Source: Batkoa obscura (Eukaryota). Taken from it: a DNA stretch of 64,000 nt. Numbering within the stretch: the first letter of the stretch is position 1; each line of letters begins with the position of its first letter. The notes under the pieces were generated by a model. That model had not been told where the DNA came from and ran no database searches. It saw only the letters and a program-made list of their open reading frames with translations. Shown piece after piece: positions 29,369 to 42,199 of this stretch. The position numbers were made by a program, and so were the translations under genes. The stretch is taken from the NCBI GenBank assembly GCA_030770535.1, contig JASVEC010000015.1, positions 992,001 to 1,056,000 of the forward strand, written 5' to 3'.

Positions 29369-31766
29369 CTTAAATATTTATTTTATTAGAAAAAGTAGCA
29401 AAGAATATCTATTTTATAGCATTTAGTCCAAAATCGTATGATGTGCTTTTTTTAATCTATTTAATCTTACTTATTTTATTGGATAATCTTGTCCCCTATT
29501 TAAATTTTAAGTATATTTTGCCCTATCGTACCATCATATCATAATATGGAAATGTTTTTTTTGATTTCATACTTTTTCCATTTTTAAGTGCTATTTGAGC
29601 CGAAAAATTAGTAAAATTCTTAAACACAAAAATACACTCCCATATTATAGTTCTATAAATTTAGCATCGTCCTCGGATAAACTAATTCCCAAAAGATACT
29701 TTTACAAAAATAACATTTAACCTATTTTATTATTAATAGTTATATTTATTTCTACATAATACACATGTACATAAGTGAAAATGATAAATATACATGTTTT
29801 TTGCTCCTAAAGCTGACTAAGGCTTTTCTAAATTACAAGCTTAAGTAACGAACAAAGTAGTGAAAGGAAAGAATATTACGTATAAAAGTAACATCAAACT
29901 AAAGGTATTTAGCAAGTGATTGATCAAGTATATTTTGTATAATTTATTTATAGCTTATTGCACTTATACGCTTTTAATAGAATAAATGCTTTATTAAAGA
30001 TGAAGTTATCCTTTTTTTCTGTAATCACTAATTTTAAAATTTTATATTAGATAAAAATGAACAATACGGCAAATAGAGAACATTCTTATGATTCTTGAAT
30101 TTCTTAAATATCAAAATATGTATTAATAATTAGTATAAATATGATTTTATCAAAGGCTTAGATTAAATTAATATCTCTATATCATTTATAATATTTCTAA
30201 AGAATGAAAAGGAGTAATAAAATATATAAATAACTGGGAATGTTTTTTGTTTAAGAATTTTGCTGATAAAATCTCCGCTCAAATAACGCTCAAAAAATGG
30301 ATAAAGTAATGAAACCAAAAAAAAAATTCTCAAATCATGTTTACTTAAAATTAATTTATTTAAGATGGGGTGTATTTTTTGTCTAAGAATCTCACTAATA
30401 GACTTTTCCACTCAAATAGCACAAAAAAATGGAAAAAGTGATGAAACCAGAAAACACCCCATACTTAATATCCTAAGTATTGGTTAAGGTTATATTAATA
30501 AAAATAAGCAATAGTATGCTTTTTATTGTCAGTGAGTTATAATAAATGATAAAACACAATATCAGGTCGTTCGAAATGTCTCAGTATAAATTCATGCCTA
30601 TTAAAAATAGTTAGTTATTGCTTGCAACACCACTATAGAGTTTGGTTAAATATTCATTTTATAGTTAAAATTTACCATTGCAAGTAATAACTGACTATCC
30701 TTAATAGACATGAATTTATACTAAGATAATTTGAACAATCTAATGTAAGCTTTAAAATGTGGAATATTTTTTATCAATTGCTCACTTGCTATTTTAAATT
30801 TTAAAATTAAACTGTCAATCAGCATGATGGTGTAAATAGTTATAAATTATATCAATAGTTATCACACACTTGAGCTTAAACAAGCTGCATTAGTTAATTT
30901 TTAAATTTCAAAAAGTAATAAAGGTGGACAACATTTGGTAGAAAACATTCCTATGTATATACACTAATACTAGAATTTAAATTCTTAACGGTATTTTTAG
31001 AAACTGCTAATAATGAATTTATGTTTTTGACATATTTGAAAATTTACTTAATTTAAACATAGTGGATACTACTAAATTTATATAGGTAAAATAAAAATCA
31101 TTTCTAATTATTGTTTTAAAATAAATTATAAGGATAAAAGCAAGTTAAAAATAGCTTTTAAAATAGGTAATTCTATTATTTAAATATTAAGTTTGAGTTT
31201 CTAGTATGAATGCTTATACAAAACTTTATCCTATTACAAAACAGTGTGAGCAAGTCTATACCCTCTTAATTTATCATTTATGCTATTTATAGAATTTACA
31301 TAAATCCGTTTATTTGAATGTTTGTTCAATATAATAATATATTACTATGCCATAAAATATAAAAATATAAAAGCATATATAATTATAGAATGATAAATAT
31401 ACTCAGTAAATAATAAATCGTTATTTATAACTAAACATTGTTATTTTTAAATTAATGAATAATAAAAATAAACAATGTGATTAAGGTTAATTTGATTGAC
31501 ACTTTAGTATTGACTTTTCTAGTTGATTTAATTATTATTATATTTTCATTATTCATCTTATGATACGAAATGATTTAAACTATAATCTCATAATAGCATT
31601 TAAAAATAGATTCGAAATAGAAACCTGTTTTCAAATATCTCTGCTATGCCAGCTTAGTATATACAACATCAAACTAATAAAAATAAGTGGAATCAAAACA
31701 ATATATAAAGGATCAAACACCCAATTAGTTAATAAACAATTCAACTATTCGGTTTAATCAAATACT

Positions 31767-32497
31767 ATGAAATCTTCCTTTTTAATTGCTTCTTTCGCTT
31801 CACTTATTGCTGCACAAAACAAAGGTAGTGCAAGGTATGATACCAACTCAGGTAATTGAAATAAATTACATTTTAGACAAATTTTATCTTTATAATTTAG
31901 GGTATCGTAAATGTAGTTTTCCTGATGGTACTTATACTGACCAAGTATTTGTGGGTCCGCTTTATTACAATGGTGCTCAATCTTGTGGAGCTTGTCTTAG
32001 TATTACTAACACTGCCAACAATCAAACTGTCATTGCAAACGTAGTTGATCAGTGTGTTGGATGTGGCCAATTTGATTTAGTCATGAGCTTGAATACTTTT
32101 CAAAAGATTGCCGATCCAGCTGCAGGAGTAGTGAACGTTTCTTGGAATCAAATAAGGTGTCCAAATGTTCAAGGTAATATTAAATATTCATGGCAATCTG
32201 GTTCCAATCAATGGTGGGCAGCAGTGCAGTAAGTTATATTTTATTACTTATATATATGTATAGTAATAGTTTAGAATTCAAAATTATGTTTCGGCTGTAA
32301 GATCTTTAGAATATAAATCCGCTACTAAAGATTGGACACCAGTAATGCGCAGAGACGACAACTTTTTTATTTTATCTTCTGCTGGTCCTGGACCCTACAA
32401 ATTCCGTCTTACATCCTACGACAACAAAGTAGTCGAAGACCCTAATGTAGTACCCTTGGAAAATGGCGGTATCCAAACTTCCCCTGTACAGTTTTAA
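31767..32497 (+). CDS. Secreted expansin-like protein (DPBB + CBM63-like domains), 3 exons
   Basis: Signal peptide MKSSFLIASFASLIAA; SCGACL.I, VVDQCVGC..DL.MS..F..IA, GVVNVSW....CP, SNQWWAAV, W..MRRDDNFF and GPYKFRLT. Confidence 0.85.
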
Positions 32498-34088
32498 TTT
32501 GTTTATAAAGTAATGCAAAACAATTGATGTTTTTATTTTCAAAATCAGTTTTAATGTTTTGCTCTGTTATTTCTTTTCAAGTAGATTAAAGTTGAAGATA
32601 ATATTCTAAACTATAGTATTTTAATATGACTCTATTAGATATTCATGAGAGTTCATTTGTTTTCTGTTAATAGGCTACTATAATAAATAAAACATATAGC
32701 AACATTATGCTTTCAATTTGTTACCATAAAGTGGAATGTAGTCAATTTTAAATTTAATTGTAAAATATATGAACTGAATATTAGAACAGATAAACTATCC
32801 AAAGCAACTTGTACAGCTGTAGCAACTTTTCTATATATATTATAAACATTTGTATGCTATAATGTAATCTAGGAAATCGAGCTTGGCATATCAAAGCTTT
32901 TGTGGCCCATGTTGAATAAAATTCCATAAGTCTTACAAATATCCATACCCTTACCCTATTTTAATCTATAAAGTAATCTTATAAACAAAGTATTTCAATT
33001 AATTAGACTTAGGGGCTAAGCTCAAAACCTCTCAAGAAGGGTGGACGATTGTAGTTTCTAAGTACTGATTATTTAGTGCAGTAAGTTACTGTGTATGAAA
33101 CAAACTTAATAAAAATTGCTTAAAAGGATTGTTTTTTTGTTTATCTTTGTATTCTTGTTACATAATATAATAAAAAATTATTAGACAAATACCAAAACAA
33201 AAAAGGTGTCCATATAATCATTTTAAATCACTCTTTAAACTTAAATTTAGTGTTTTATTGTCATTGTGTATTAATAAAATACTTAGGTGCTGAAGCATTA
33301 AAGTTTTTAAAGTTGTCAAAATGGAATTTTAAATATAATTTACATTATGAGCTATAGATTTTTTTATAAAAGTGACTTGAGGTGAAAAAATTATTTTTGA
33401 AAATAACAAGTTTTTAACTGTATAATATAATTAAACATAATTTTTTAAAAGTTAATACTTTAAATCTAGGTTTTATCAATTTACAATTTGTTTAAAAATT
33501 CTTTTACTATAGCAATGATATGATAAAATTGCTATATATAAAATTTAAAATAAACTTCATAGTTTTTAATAATAAGAATAAATTAATAAAAAATAATTAA
33601 GTCAAATAATTTTATTTTAATTTACAGCTTTTTTTTAATTGTTTTGATATAATAAAACAAATATAAAAACATTTTCAAAATAATATACTTTTAAGTAAAA
33701 AAGATGAAAAAGCTATTAACTATAATAACAAATGTTTTTAATGCCTAAAAATAAAACAAGATTAATAAAAATTTAGTTATTACAATTTTACATTTTTATA
33801 AAAAAAACTTTAAAAAAAAATATTATAGATTTTAAATAGGTTGTATTTATTTTTACAGCTTAAATTCAAACACTGAAATTTAACTTTTTAATTATAATTA
33901 AATAATAGTATTTTTATATAAAGATGTATTTTTATATTTAAGAATTTTATTAATAATTCTTTTGCTTAAATAGTGTTTAAAAGATAAAAAAAGCGATAAG
34001 CTAAAAAAACCTTTACATTAAATTATTAATATTTAATTAAATAATAACTATAACAATCTCGGTAATAAAACTACTAAAATAATAAAAT

Positions 34089-34186
34089 GGGGATGTTTTT
34101 TTGGCTTCATTACTTTTTCCATCTTTTAAGCACTATCTGAACGGAAAAATTGTTAGTAAGATTCTTAAATACGAAAATATATCCCC
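34089..34186 (-). mobile_element. MITE copy with AAAT TSD
   Basis: AAAT|GGGGATGTTTTT...ATATCCCC|AAAT. Confidence 0.9.
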
Positions 34187-34199
34187 AAATGCTATAATT

Positions 34200-34900
34200 T
34201 ATTCTATTAAATTTATTAAATCTTTGAAATTTTAGCTGTGGCCCCTTTTAAAATATAGCTTAGTGAAATTGCAAAAAATAGGTAATTTCTTGAATAAAAA
34301 GTAGCTTAAAATCAAGTTTCAAATTGAAACTGAAATCACAAAACAATTGACTTTCAACTTGAGCCTTTTAACATGAAATCTATGACGTTAAAAGCTAAGA
34401 TAAACTCCAAAAAAATTTTAAGCTTTGAAAAAACATGACCTGCCTAAATCCATTATGCTTAGAAATATTCTTGCAAAATCAGCTTATAATAACAAAAGTT
34501 CACTTATTTATTTTCTCCCTAAAAACAGGCAACTTTAAGCAAATGTACTTTTGAGCTTACAGCCATTTAAATCCAATTGTGCATGACTAGCTGTTCACCC
34601 AGGGATAAATTTCAGGCACAAATTTCGTCAAGTCCGAGGACTAGACTTTAAAAAACATTCGAATAAATAGTTAAGAAATTTTTTACTCAATACACAGCTG
34701 TTAAAGTCAATTGTACAGTGCCTAGCTATTGCTTTTATAATCAATGACATGTATAATTATGCTGACCTACAGTCTAATCCTCAATTTTTTGTTTTAGAAT
34801 GAGTGGTTAGTCCTGTACAATTGAAATTTAACCAGTTGTAAAGCTTAAATTTGAAAAATCATGAAACCAAGGCATCACATTCCCATGAAAAAATAAGCTT
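34200..34900 (-). mobile_element. Degenerate non-LTR (LINE) reverse transcriptase relic
   Basis: Frameshifted minus-strand remnants in the expected order: KSSP/GLDEI (~34621-34650, cf. KSPGPDGI), NGFRQ (~34440, cf. Q.GFR) and LDFK (~34310, cf. LD..KAFD). Confidence 0.4.
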
Positions 34901-35211
34901 ATTTAAAAGAAATTGCTTTCTCATTTTAATTGTTACAGGATAAAACTATTGAATGGGCAATTATTCTTAGTAAATAACAAATATAGTATGAATATTCCAA
35001 CTATTACTTTGGGTATTAAATCAACTATCATTATGAAAAATAAAAAATTGTGAGCAAATATCCATTTATTTAGTAAATAATTTGACCAATTTTTATGAGA
35101 AGGGGATAGTGCAATATACATCATTGAAGAGTTACTTGATATTTTAAATTAAATTGATTTGTTTAATTTTTAGATAAATAAATTCTATTATCATCTTTTA
35201 AAGTCAAATAA

Positions 35212-35632
35212 TTAGAAAAAGTGATGTTCAACATGTTCGTAATAAGGTTCATTAAAACGAGAAAAGATAGGTGAAGTATTATTAGTATTATTAGTATTAT
35301 TAGTATTATTAGAAGCGGATTGATTTAATAAAGTAACATTTATACTGTTATTCATTTGATGTTCGTAAGTTGTACTATTTTTCTTGCTTCTCATTTTTTC
35401 TAACTGTTCAAACTGGTCATAATTAAAGTCCTAATAAAATGTAAATAAAAAGCTAAATAATGGCAATATTAAGACTAACTTGAACAGTCATATCTTCATC
35501 ACTAGTCATATCTTCATTAGAAACCTTACGCTTTAAGTGTGGATTCTTGCAGATTTCTACTTAAAAATTAGAAAATAAAAAATAGTCAAAAACAAATTTA
35601 CCAAAGCGAGCGTATTTATGATAGGAAGGCAT
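35212..35632 (-). CDS. Small orphan 3-exon protein (108 aa), unknown function
   Basis: Exons 35632-35602, 35556-35480 and 35430-35212 join through canonical GT-AG introns into one open frame MPSYHKYARFEICKNPHLKRKVSNEDMTSDEDMTVQDFNY...EHVEHHFF*; TATA-like and CCAAT motifs upstream. Confidence 0.65.
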
Positions 35633-37074
35633 GATGTAAAAAGGATCAAATTGCTAAGAAATTTTAAAGAGTATCTACTTTTAAAAAAAATAAAATGTTA
35701 TTAAAAATAAAATAAAATAAATCAATCATGACACTGCCTTTATATACTTTTCAACCCATCCTATTTTTTTGATAGGCAGAGAATAGTTTTAATTTTATTG
35801 AATTCTTGAATTATTATAAAGTCATATAAATTGGTGCACTGTTAAATCATTGGCTGGAGAGATTCTAACCTACCATTGGCTATTCCTCCCAACTTGTCTT
35901 CCCTTAAATTTAATATGAGCAAAACAATGGTGGTGTTATTACTCTTCAACGCAATTTATGGAGTTCTTTTAACAAATTATTTTTCACTCAGTAAACTTTA
36001 ATTGGACACAAAAGATCAAATCATTTTCATCTCAATTGTATAAATGAGGCTTAAACCAAATGAGTTTAAAGTATTGGTTATGGCTTTAACTTGTTTATAT
36101 TTAACCTGCTTACTAAATAAATTATATACCAAAATTCAATTTGGGCAAGCTATTATACAAATGCCCATTTAAATAAAATTCGCCCAAATCAGAGTAAAAT
36201 AAAAGAATGAAGATTGCAGGCAGATAATCTTTAAAACTGACTTTTAAATTTACAGATATTACAAATTGAACGTAGCAGCATAGTTGCAATTTCATTAGCA
36301 TTATAGATATGCCTATTCACGACACCTACAGATTCAAAAAGAACCATGAGCTCTTTTAATTAATTAATCACAGCTTTTTATTTTTCTTTGATTTTGGGCT
36401 AATGTAAAATAAACCACCAATGATTTTATATTATCACTATTTTAGAAAAGATGATTTTATTTTATTTGTTTAGTTTAGACAAACCATTATAGCTTATTTA
36501 CATGATTGGCCTCATATGATTGATAAGTTTTTTAATTAGCTTAGCTAAGAGTTTGTTATTCAATATTAAATTGGTTGGGTAAATTTAATTGAAAAAGCGA
36601 GTTAGGATAGCTATTAACTTAATTTGATTCAGGATTGCTTTATAAAATCAACTATAATTTATGCACTATCAATTTACTTTGCCCACTTGGAAGCTTAAAG
36701 TATAAATTGGAATGGGTAAAAATTTCAGTTAAAACCAAACTATAATAAACTATAATTTATATTAATCTTGTTTTCTATGAAAGTGTTTTCTTTGGTTTCA
36801 TCACTTTTTTCATGTTTTAAGCACTATTTGAGCGAAAAGTTTGTTAGTAAAATTCTTAAAGAAAAGAAATATAATTTAGCTTTAATTTTATAACATTTAG
36901 TTTTTCAGTTAAATAATACAAATCTTAATTAATTTATAATCTAAAATATCCAAAAATCATTATTAAATAATGTTAAAGCTTTTAAAAAAACTATTTTTAT
37001 TAGGAACCAAAAACACCTAACAGTTGTTATTACTGTAATTTATATTGATATTAATCAAAGTTGTAAATGCAAAT

Positions 37075-38237
37075 AAATACATGTTCCTATAAAACTTCAC
37101 TAAGGAATATTTACCATTGACTGCTTTATAGTCAACATTGAAGATTTGCTATCAAATAAATTATTTTAATGCTATAATTACATTATTAGTATATTAATAA
37201 GTTAATAAATACCTGAACGGGAGGAAGTAATTAGTCCTAGAGCTATGATTAACTATCCCGATGTAATGCAACCAATATAATAACAGTTTTTACTTAATAT
37301 TATAGCTAACTGCTTAGTAAATATCGATAATTTTAAATTCTCTGTTGTTTTTGTAAGGTGAGCTGGGATTGATCTTTTAATTTTTCTGTTTTCTATAGAC
37401 TCTATAACTTTAATTGGAGCTATATCGCTTTTTTTTAATGTATCGGATACTGGATAACAATGGGGATGTATTTTTTCAAGAATTTTACTAACGATCTTTC
37501 CACTGAAATAGCGCTTAAAAAATAGAAAAAGTAATGAAATCAAAAAAAACATTCCCAATGTAGTTTATTATTGTGTTTAATAAAGTGTAAGTACTTCTTT
37601 AATGCCTTGCATCTCTACTATTCTTTTTGTATTTTTGTTTCTTTCATACTTTTTAAAAATTATATCTGTTTTCCCATCATCAACGGTCGAGTTATTAATT
37701 TTATTATGCTCGCAAATAAAAGCCTCAAATCTTGAAACTAATCAATTGATATCTTCTATTTTACCTAATGCTTCAAAACTACTTTTCCATTTTGAAAGGT
37801 TTCCAAAATCCTCATCAACTATACTTTTTCTATGATGCTCAGCAAAAAAATTAAGACCAATATTTAAACTACTGTTTATTTTATGGATTTCTTTAAATAT
37901 ATAGTGTAGAAACTCTTGGGATCTAAAATGATTTCCTGTATCTGCCCATATATTAATTTTTGTAAACTTTTTAAAAGCTCTGTAGAGGTTAAATCAATTC
38001 AACAGTCTCCTGCATATGCTGAATCATGATTCAATATTTCAGATAAATAATCAAAGTAAACTTTGCCTATTGTTTTATCATTTAAATATAAAACACCAAA
38101 ACCTAATACTGATATAGCTTGTTTATTATAATGATCTAGATTTATTGAATCTGGTCTTGTTCCTATTTCCATATTTTGTTTAAAATCTAAAACCATTATA
38201 CAACTTTTATTATTTAATTTTTTAACAGTTTCATTGT
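37075..38237 (-). mobile_element. Truncated, frameshifted Sola-like copy (variant 3' region) carrying MITE 37462-37556
   Basis: Homologous to the C-terminal half and 3' region of 40187-42649; ORF fragments MVLDFKQNM... and ...RSIPAHLTK. Confidence 0.85.
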
Positions 38238-38689
38238 ACTTTAAGTATTAATATAAAATTTATATTACAATCAAAAGGTTTTTGTACCCCTATTTTATTC
38301 TTTATTATTATGTTTATTTTATTTTCAAATTATATACTAGGTACATGTATTATATAGGGTGTTTTTACTATATTTTTGAAAGTATCTAGTATATAGGGAT
38401 GTATTTTTGTGTTTAAGAATTTACCAACAAATTTTCCACTCAAATAGGGCTTAAAAAATCGAAAAAATAATGAAGTCAAAAAGAACACTCCCATATATTT
38501 AAAAAATATTGATAATAGCTACTGCATTATTTTTTAAATCATCAAATATTTATTTATATATCATTTTCTGCTTTTATTTAATATGTGTGGTGATGTTTCT
38601 TAGCTCCATCACTTTTTCTATTTTTTAAGCGCTATTTGGGTGAAAAAATTATTACCAAAATTCTTGAAAAAATATATCCCCCATATATT

Positions 38690-39627
38690 ACTTGATGAAT
38701 ATCTTTACTATTATTCTTTTTGTGTTTTTAGCAATAAGTTGTAATATTAGTATTTTTTTTAGTTATTTTTAAGTAATTATATTGGTTTCTGTTTATATTA
38801 AAGTCAAGACTTTTGTATTTATCAAAAAAAATATTAAAGCTATAGTTGATAATACTGTTACTTACTGGTTTTTATTTTCCGCTTCCTTTAAAGCATTAAT
38901 TTCATATACTACTTGATTAAGTTTATTGCTATTAATAGAAAACTTTAACAATTCTTTACTATACTAGGATCTCATAAATTTTGGGTTATTATAAATATGA
39001 GGATGTATCTTTTTGTTTAAGGATTTTACTAGTCAATCTTTCCGCTCAAATAAATAGCACTTAAAAATAGAAAAAGTAATGAAATCAAAAAACATTCTCA
39101 TATAATAGTTGTTGAGATTGATATAAATGAATCATAGTGCTTATATAATATACTTCTCCTTATATGTTATATATTTATTAAACATTTAATAAAGTTATTT
39201 TAAATATTTATGAAAACATAAAATATATAAAAATTTAAAAAACTAATAAAAAATGGGGGTGCCTTTTTTATAAATAAATAGATAATTTACTTTTAATTAA
39301 ACAGTTTTAAAAACTAATTATTTACTTTATTTTCTAGATTTAACTTTTTTAGATTAATATTTATGGTGATTTATTTTTATGCTTAAGAATTTTACTAATT
39401 ATTTTTTCACTCAAATAACGCTTAAAAAATAGAAAAAGTGATGAAGCTAAAAAAATATCACCGTATAGCCAAAAAATAAAACAATTAAAATAGGTTTTGA
39501 ATTAAATTCCTTTATCTAACTTTGTTTTTTAAAACTTAACTAATCCTGTATTAAGGACTTATAAATTTAAAAACCTAAAAGCTGGGTTAATTTTTAGCTG
39601 AATTCTGAAACCAATTTGGACATCCTC
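38690..39627 (-). mobile_element. Decayed Sola-like 5' part (N-terminal coding region plus left end) interrupted by MITEs
   Basis: 38690-38990 aligns to the transposase N-terminus; the end CTGAAACCAATTTGGACATCCTC is a decayed left TIR. Confidence 0.65.
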
Positions 39628-39821
39628 AGATAGAAATCATAATAAAAAATTTAAAAAAGAAAATATTTCAAGTGATAATCTTATTATATAAGATTAACTA
39701 TTAACTAGTAAATTTTTATCAAAATTTATTATTTATACGATTTAATCAATTATAATTTAATGTGAAATAAAAGCAACATGGCCCAGAGCTTTTAAAATAA
39801 AAAAATAATCTAAGCTAATGT

Positions 39822-39999
39822 TGTGGAATCTAGTACTCAGTGATTGGGAATCAAAAACAGCTATTACCTGGTTGATTATACTGTAAGTCGAAAGGTCTTA
39901 GTTTATGTGACTAAGATCTTTCGGCTTACGGCTAGTTTAGTTAATCAAACAAGACCTGCTTTTGCTTTTGACTCCAACCACTGAGTACCAGACTTCACA
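39822..39999. repeat. Fold-back palindrome made from the first ~90 bp of the LTR-like repeat
   Basis: TGTGGAATCTAGTACTCAGTG...CACTGAGTACCAGACTTCACA, centred on TAAGTCGAAAGGTCTTAGT-TTATGTG-ACTAAGATCTTTCGGCTTA. Confidence 0.85.
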
Positions 40000-40495
40000 A
40001 AGACTAAAAACATAAAATAGCTAAGATGAATTGATGATGGAGCGACTCATAAACTTGTGTTTAATTTAATTAAAAAAGAGCAAAATAAATAAAAATGATA
40101 AAAAGGCCAAAATAAAAGGAGTTCCGGGATTTAGAAAAGCAAGACTGATTTTTAAAGAAAGCTATCTGTGAAAACAAAGTAACATTGGGGCTGTCCTAAT
40201 TGGTTTCAGAATCTACTTAGAAATTAATCCAAATTTAAAATTTCAAGTTTGTGTCCAATATAACGGTTAAATCTAAAAAGCCTAAAATTAAATGTCTCTA
40301 TTTAAAACTTATTTTAATTGTTTCCTTTTCCTAAATAGCTAATTTTCCTAACTATATATTTTATGTTAGTTCTGTTAGATATTTAACAGATATATAATAT
40401 ATAACTATATGATTATATAATTATATAAATACATAATTATATAAACACAGTTATTTGACTTTATTTGACTTTATTTTTGTTGAAATAAAAATAAA

Positions 40496-42199
40496 ATGCA
40501 AACTTTCATAACTAAACTTCGAAATGGAATTTTTGAAAACTTCAATACGATAGGGAGGAGTACACAATATAAACATTGTAATTCATTTACATCAATTTTA
40601 AGAGCTACTTATAACAACCCAAGGTTTATGGAATTTTATAATAAAACAAAACAAAGAAAAGATATATTATCAAAGTTTACTATCGATAATAATAAACTTA
40701 ATCAAGTAATGTATAGAATTAGTGCTTTAAGGGAAACAGGAAACAAAAATCAGCAAGTAGCGTTATTATCAACTATAGCTTCAGTATATTCTTTTGATGA
40801 ATGTAAGAGTTTTGGGTTTAATATAAATAGAAATCAATATGATTATTCAAAAACAAGTAATAATAATAAAATATCAACATTAAAACCTATTATTAAAAAT
40901 ACAAAAAAAATTAAAGATGACCAAATTGAAACTATTATACAATATTTACTAAATGATTCAACTATTTCATCAAGATTTAATAAAAAAAATAACGATAGTA
41001 AATATTCATCAGATAATATATATATATTAAATAAAAGTAGAAGAATGATATATAGTAAATATTTGAATGATCTAAGAGATAAAGCAGTAGCCAGGTCAAC
41101 GTTCTTTAAATATATACCAACTAATTTCAAAAATCCAGCAAGAAAAACGGATCTATGTAATATATGTACCCAGTATACAGTTAGAAAAAAGTTATTTGAA
41201 AATAAAATAAATACAGCAAAAAACAAAGCAGAGATAGAAGAAATTTTCAACGAAGAAGAAAAATTATACAAATTACATAAATTCTGTGTTGATACTCAAA
41301 AAAACACATTTAATGAAACTATCAAAAAATTAAATAACAAAAGTTGTATAATAGTTTTAGATTTTAAACAAAATATGGAAATAGGAACAAGACCAGATTC
41401 AATAAATCTAGATCATTATAATAAACAAGCTATATCAGTATTAGGCTTTGGTGTATTATATTTAAAAGATGATAAAACAATAGGCAAAGTTTACTTTGAT
41501 TATTTATCTGAAATATTGAATCATGATTCAGCATATGCAGGAGATTGTTTAATCGATTTAATCTCTACAGAGCTTCTATTTAAAAAGTTTACAAAAATTA
41601 ATATATGGGCAGATACAGGAAATCATTTTAGATCCCAAGAGTTCTTACATTATATGTTTAAAGAAATTCATAAAATAAATAGTAGTTTGAATGTTAATCT
41701 TAATTTTTTTGCTGAGCATCATGGAAAAAGTATAGTTGATGGACATTTTGGAAACCTTTCAAAATGGAAAAGTAGTTTTGAAGCGTTAGGTAAAATAGAA
41801 GATATCGATCAATTAATTTCAAGATTTGAGGCTTTTATTTGCGAGCATAATAAAATTAATAACTCGACTGTTAATAATGGGAAAACAGATATAATTTTTA
41901 AAAAGTATAAAAGAAACAAAAATACAAAAAGAATAATAGAGATGCAGGGCATTAAGAAGTATTTACATTTTATTAAACATAACAATAAACTATATTGTTA
42001 TCCAGTATCTGATACATCAAAAAAAAGCGATATAGTCCCAATTAAAGTTATAGAGTCTATAGAAAACAGAAAAATTAAAAGATCGATCCCAGCTTACCTT
42101 ACGAAGATAACAGAGAATTTAAAAATTTCGATATTTACTAAGCAAGTAAGTAGTTTGTTGAATGATAGAAATAGATTGTTAAATGTTAGGATTACTTAA
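40496..42199 (+). CDS. DDD-type transposase, Sola-like, 567 aa, intronless
   Basis: D.C..C...H putative Zn finger followed by catalytic-like motifs IVLDFKQN, IWADTG.HFRS and FFAEHHGKSIVDGHFG; superfamily assigned from motif recall only. Confidence 0.8.
   Translation: MQTFITKLRNGIFENFNTIGRSTQYKHCNSFTSILRATYNNPRFMEFYNKTKQRKDILSKFTIDNNKLNQVMYRISALRETGNKNQQVALLSTIASVYSFDECKSFGFNINRNQYDYSKTSNNNKISTLKPIIKNTKKIKDDQIETIIQYLLNDSTISSRFNKKNNDSKYSSDNIYILNKSRRMIYSKYLNDLRDKAVARSTFFKYIPTNFKNPARKTDLCNICTQYTVRKKLFENKINTAKNKAEIEEIFNEEEKLYKLHKFCVDTQKNTFNETIKKLNNKSCIIVLDFKQNMEIGTRPDSINLDHYNKQAISVLGFGVLYLKDDKTIGKVYFDYLSEILNHDSAYAGDCLIDLISTELLFKKFTKINIWADTGNHFRSQEFLHYMFKEIHKINSSLNVNLNFFAEHHGKSIVDGHFGNLSKWKSSFEALGKIEDIDQLISRFEAFICEHNKINNSTVNNGKTDIIFKKYKRNKNTKRIIEMQGIKKYLHFIKHNNKLYCYPVSDTSKKSDIVPIKVIESIENRKIKRSIPAYLTKITENLKISIFTKQVSSLLNDRNRLLNVRIT

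Noticed and set aside
40843..41271. 142-aa antisense ORF (also 62067-62495, and similar ORFs at 37602, 52097, 61215)
   Set aside because: Shadow frames of the Lys/Asn-rich transposase strand; recurrence reflects copy identity.
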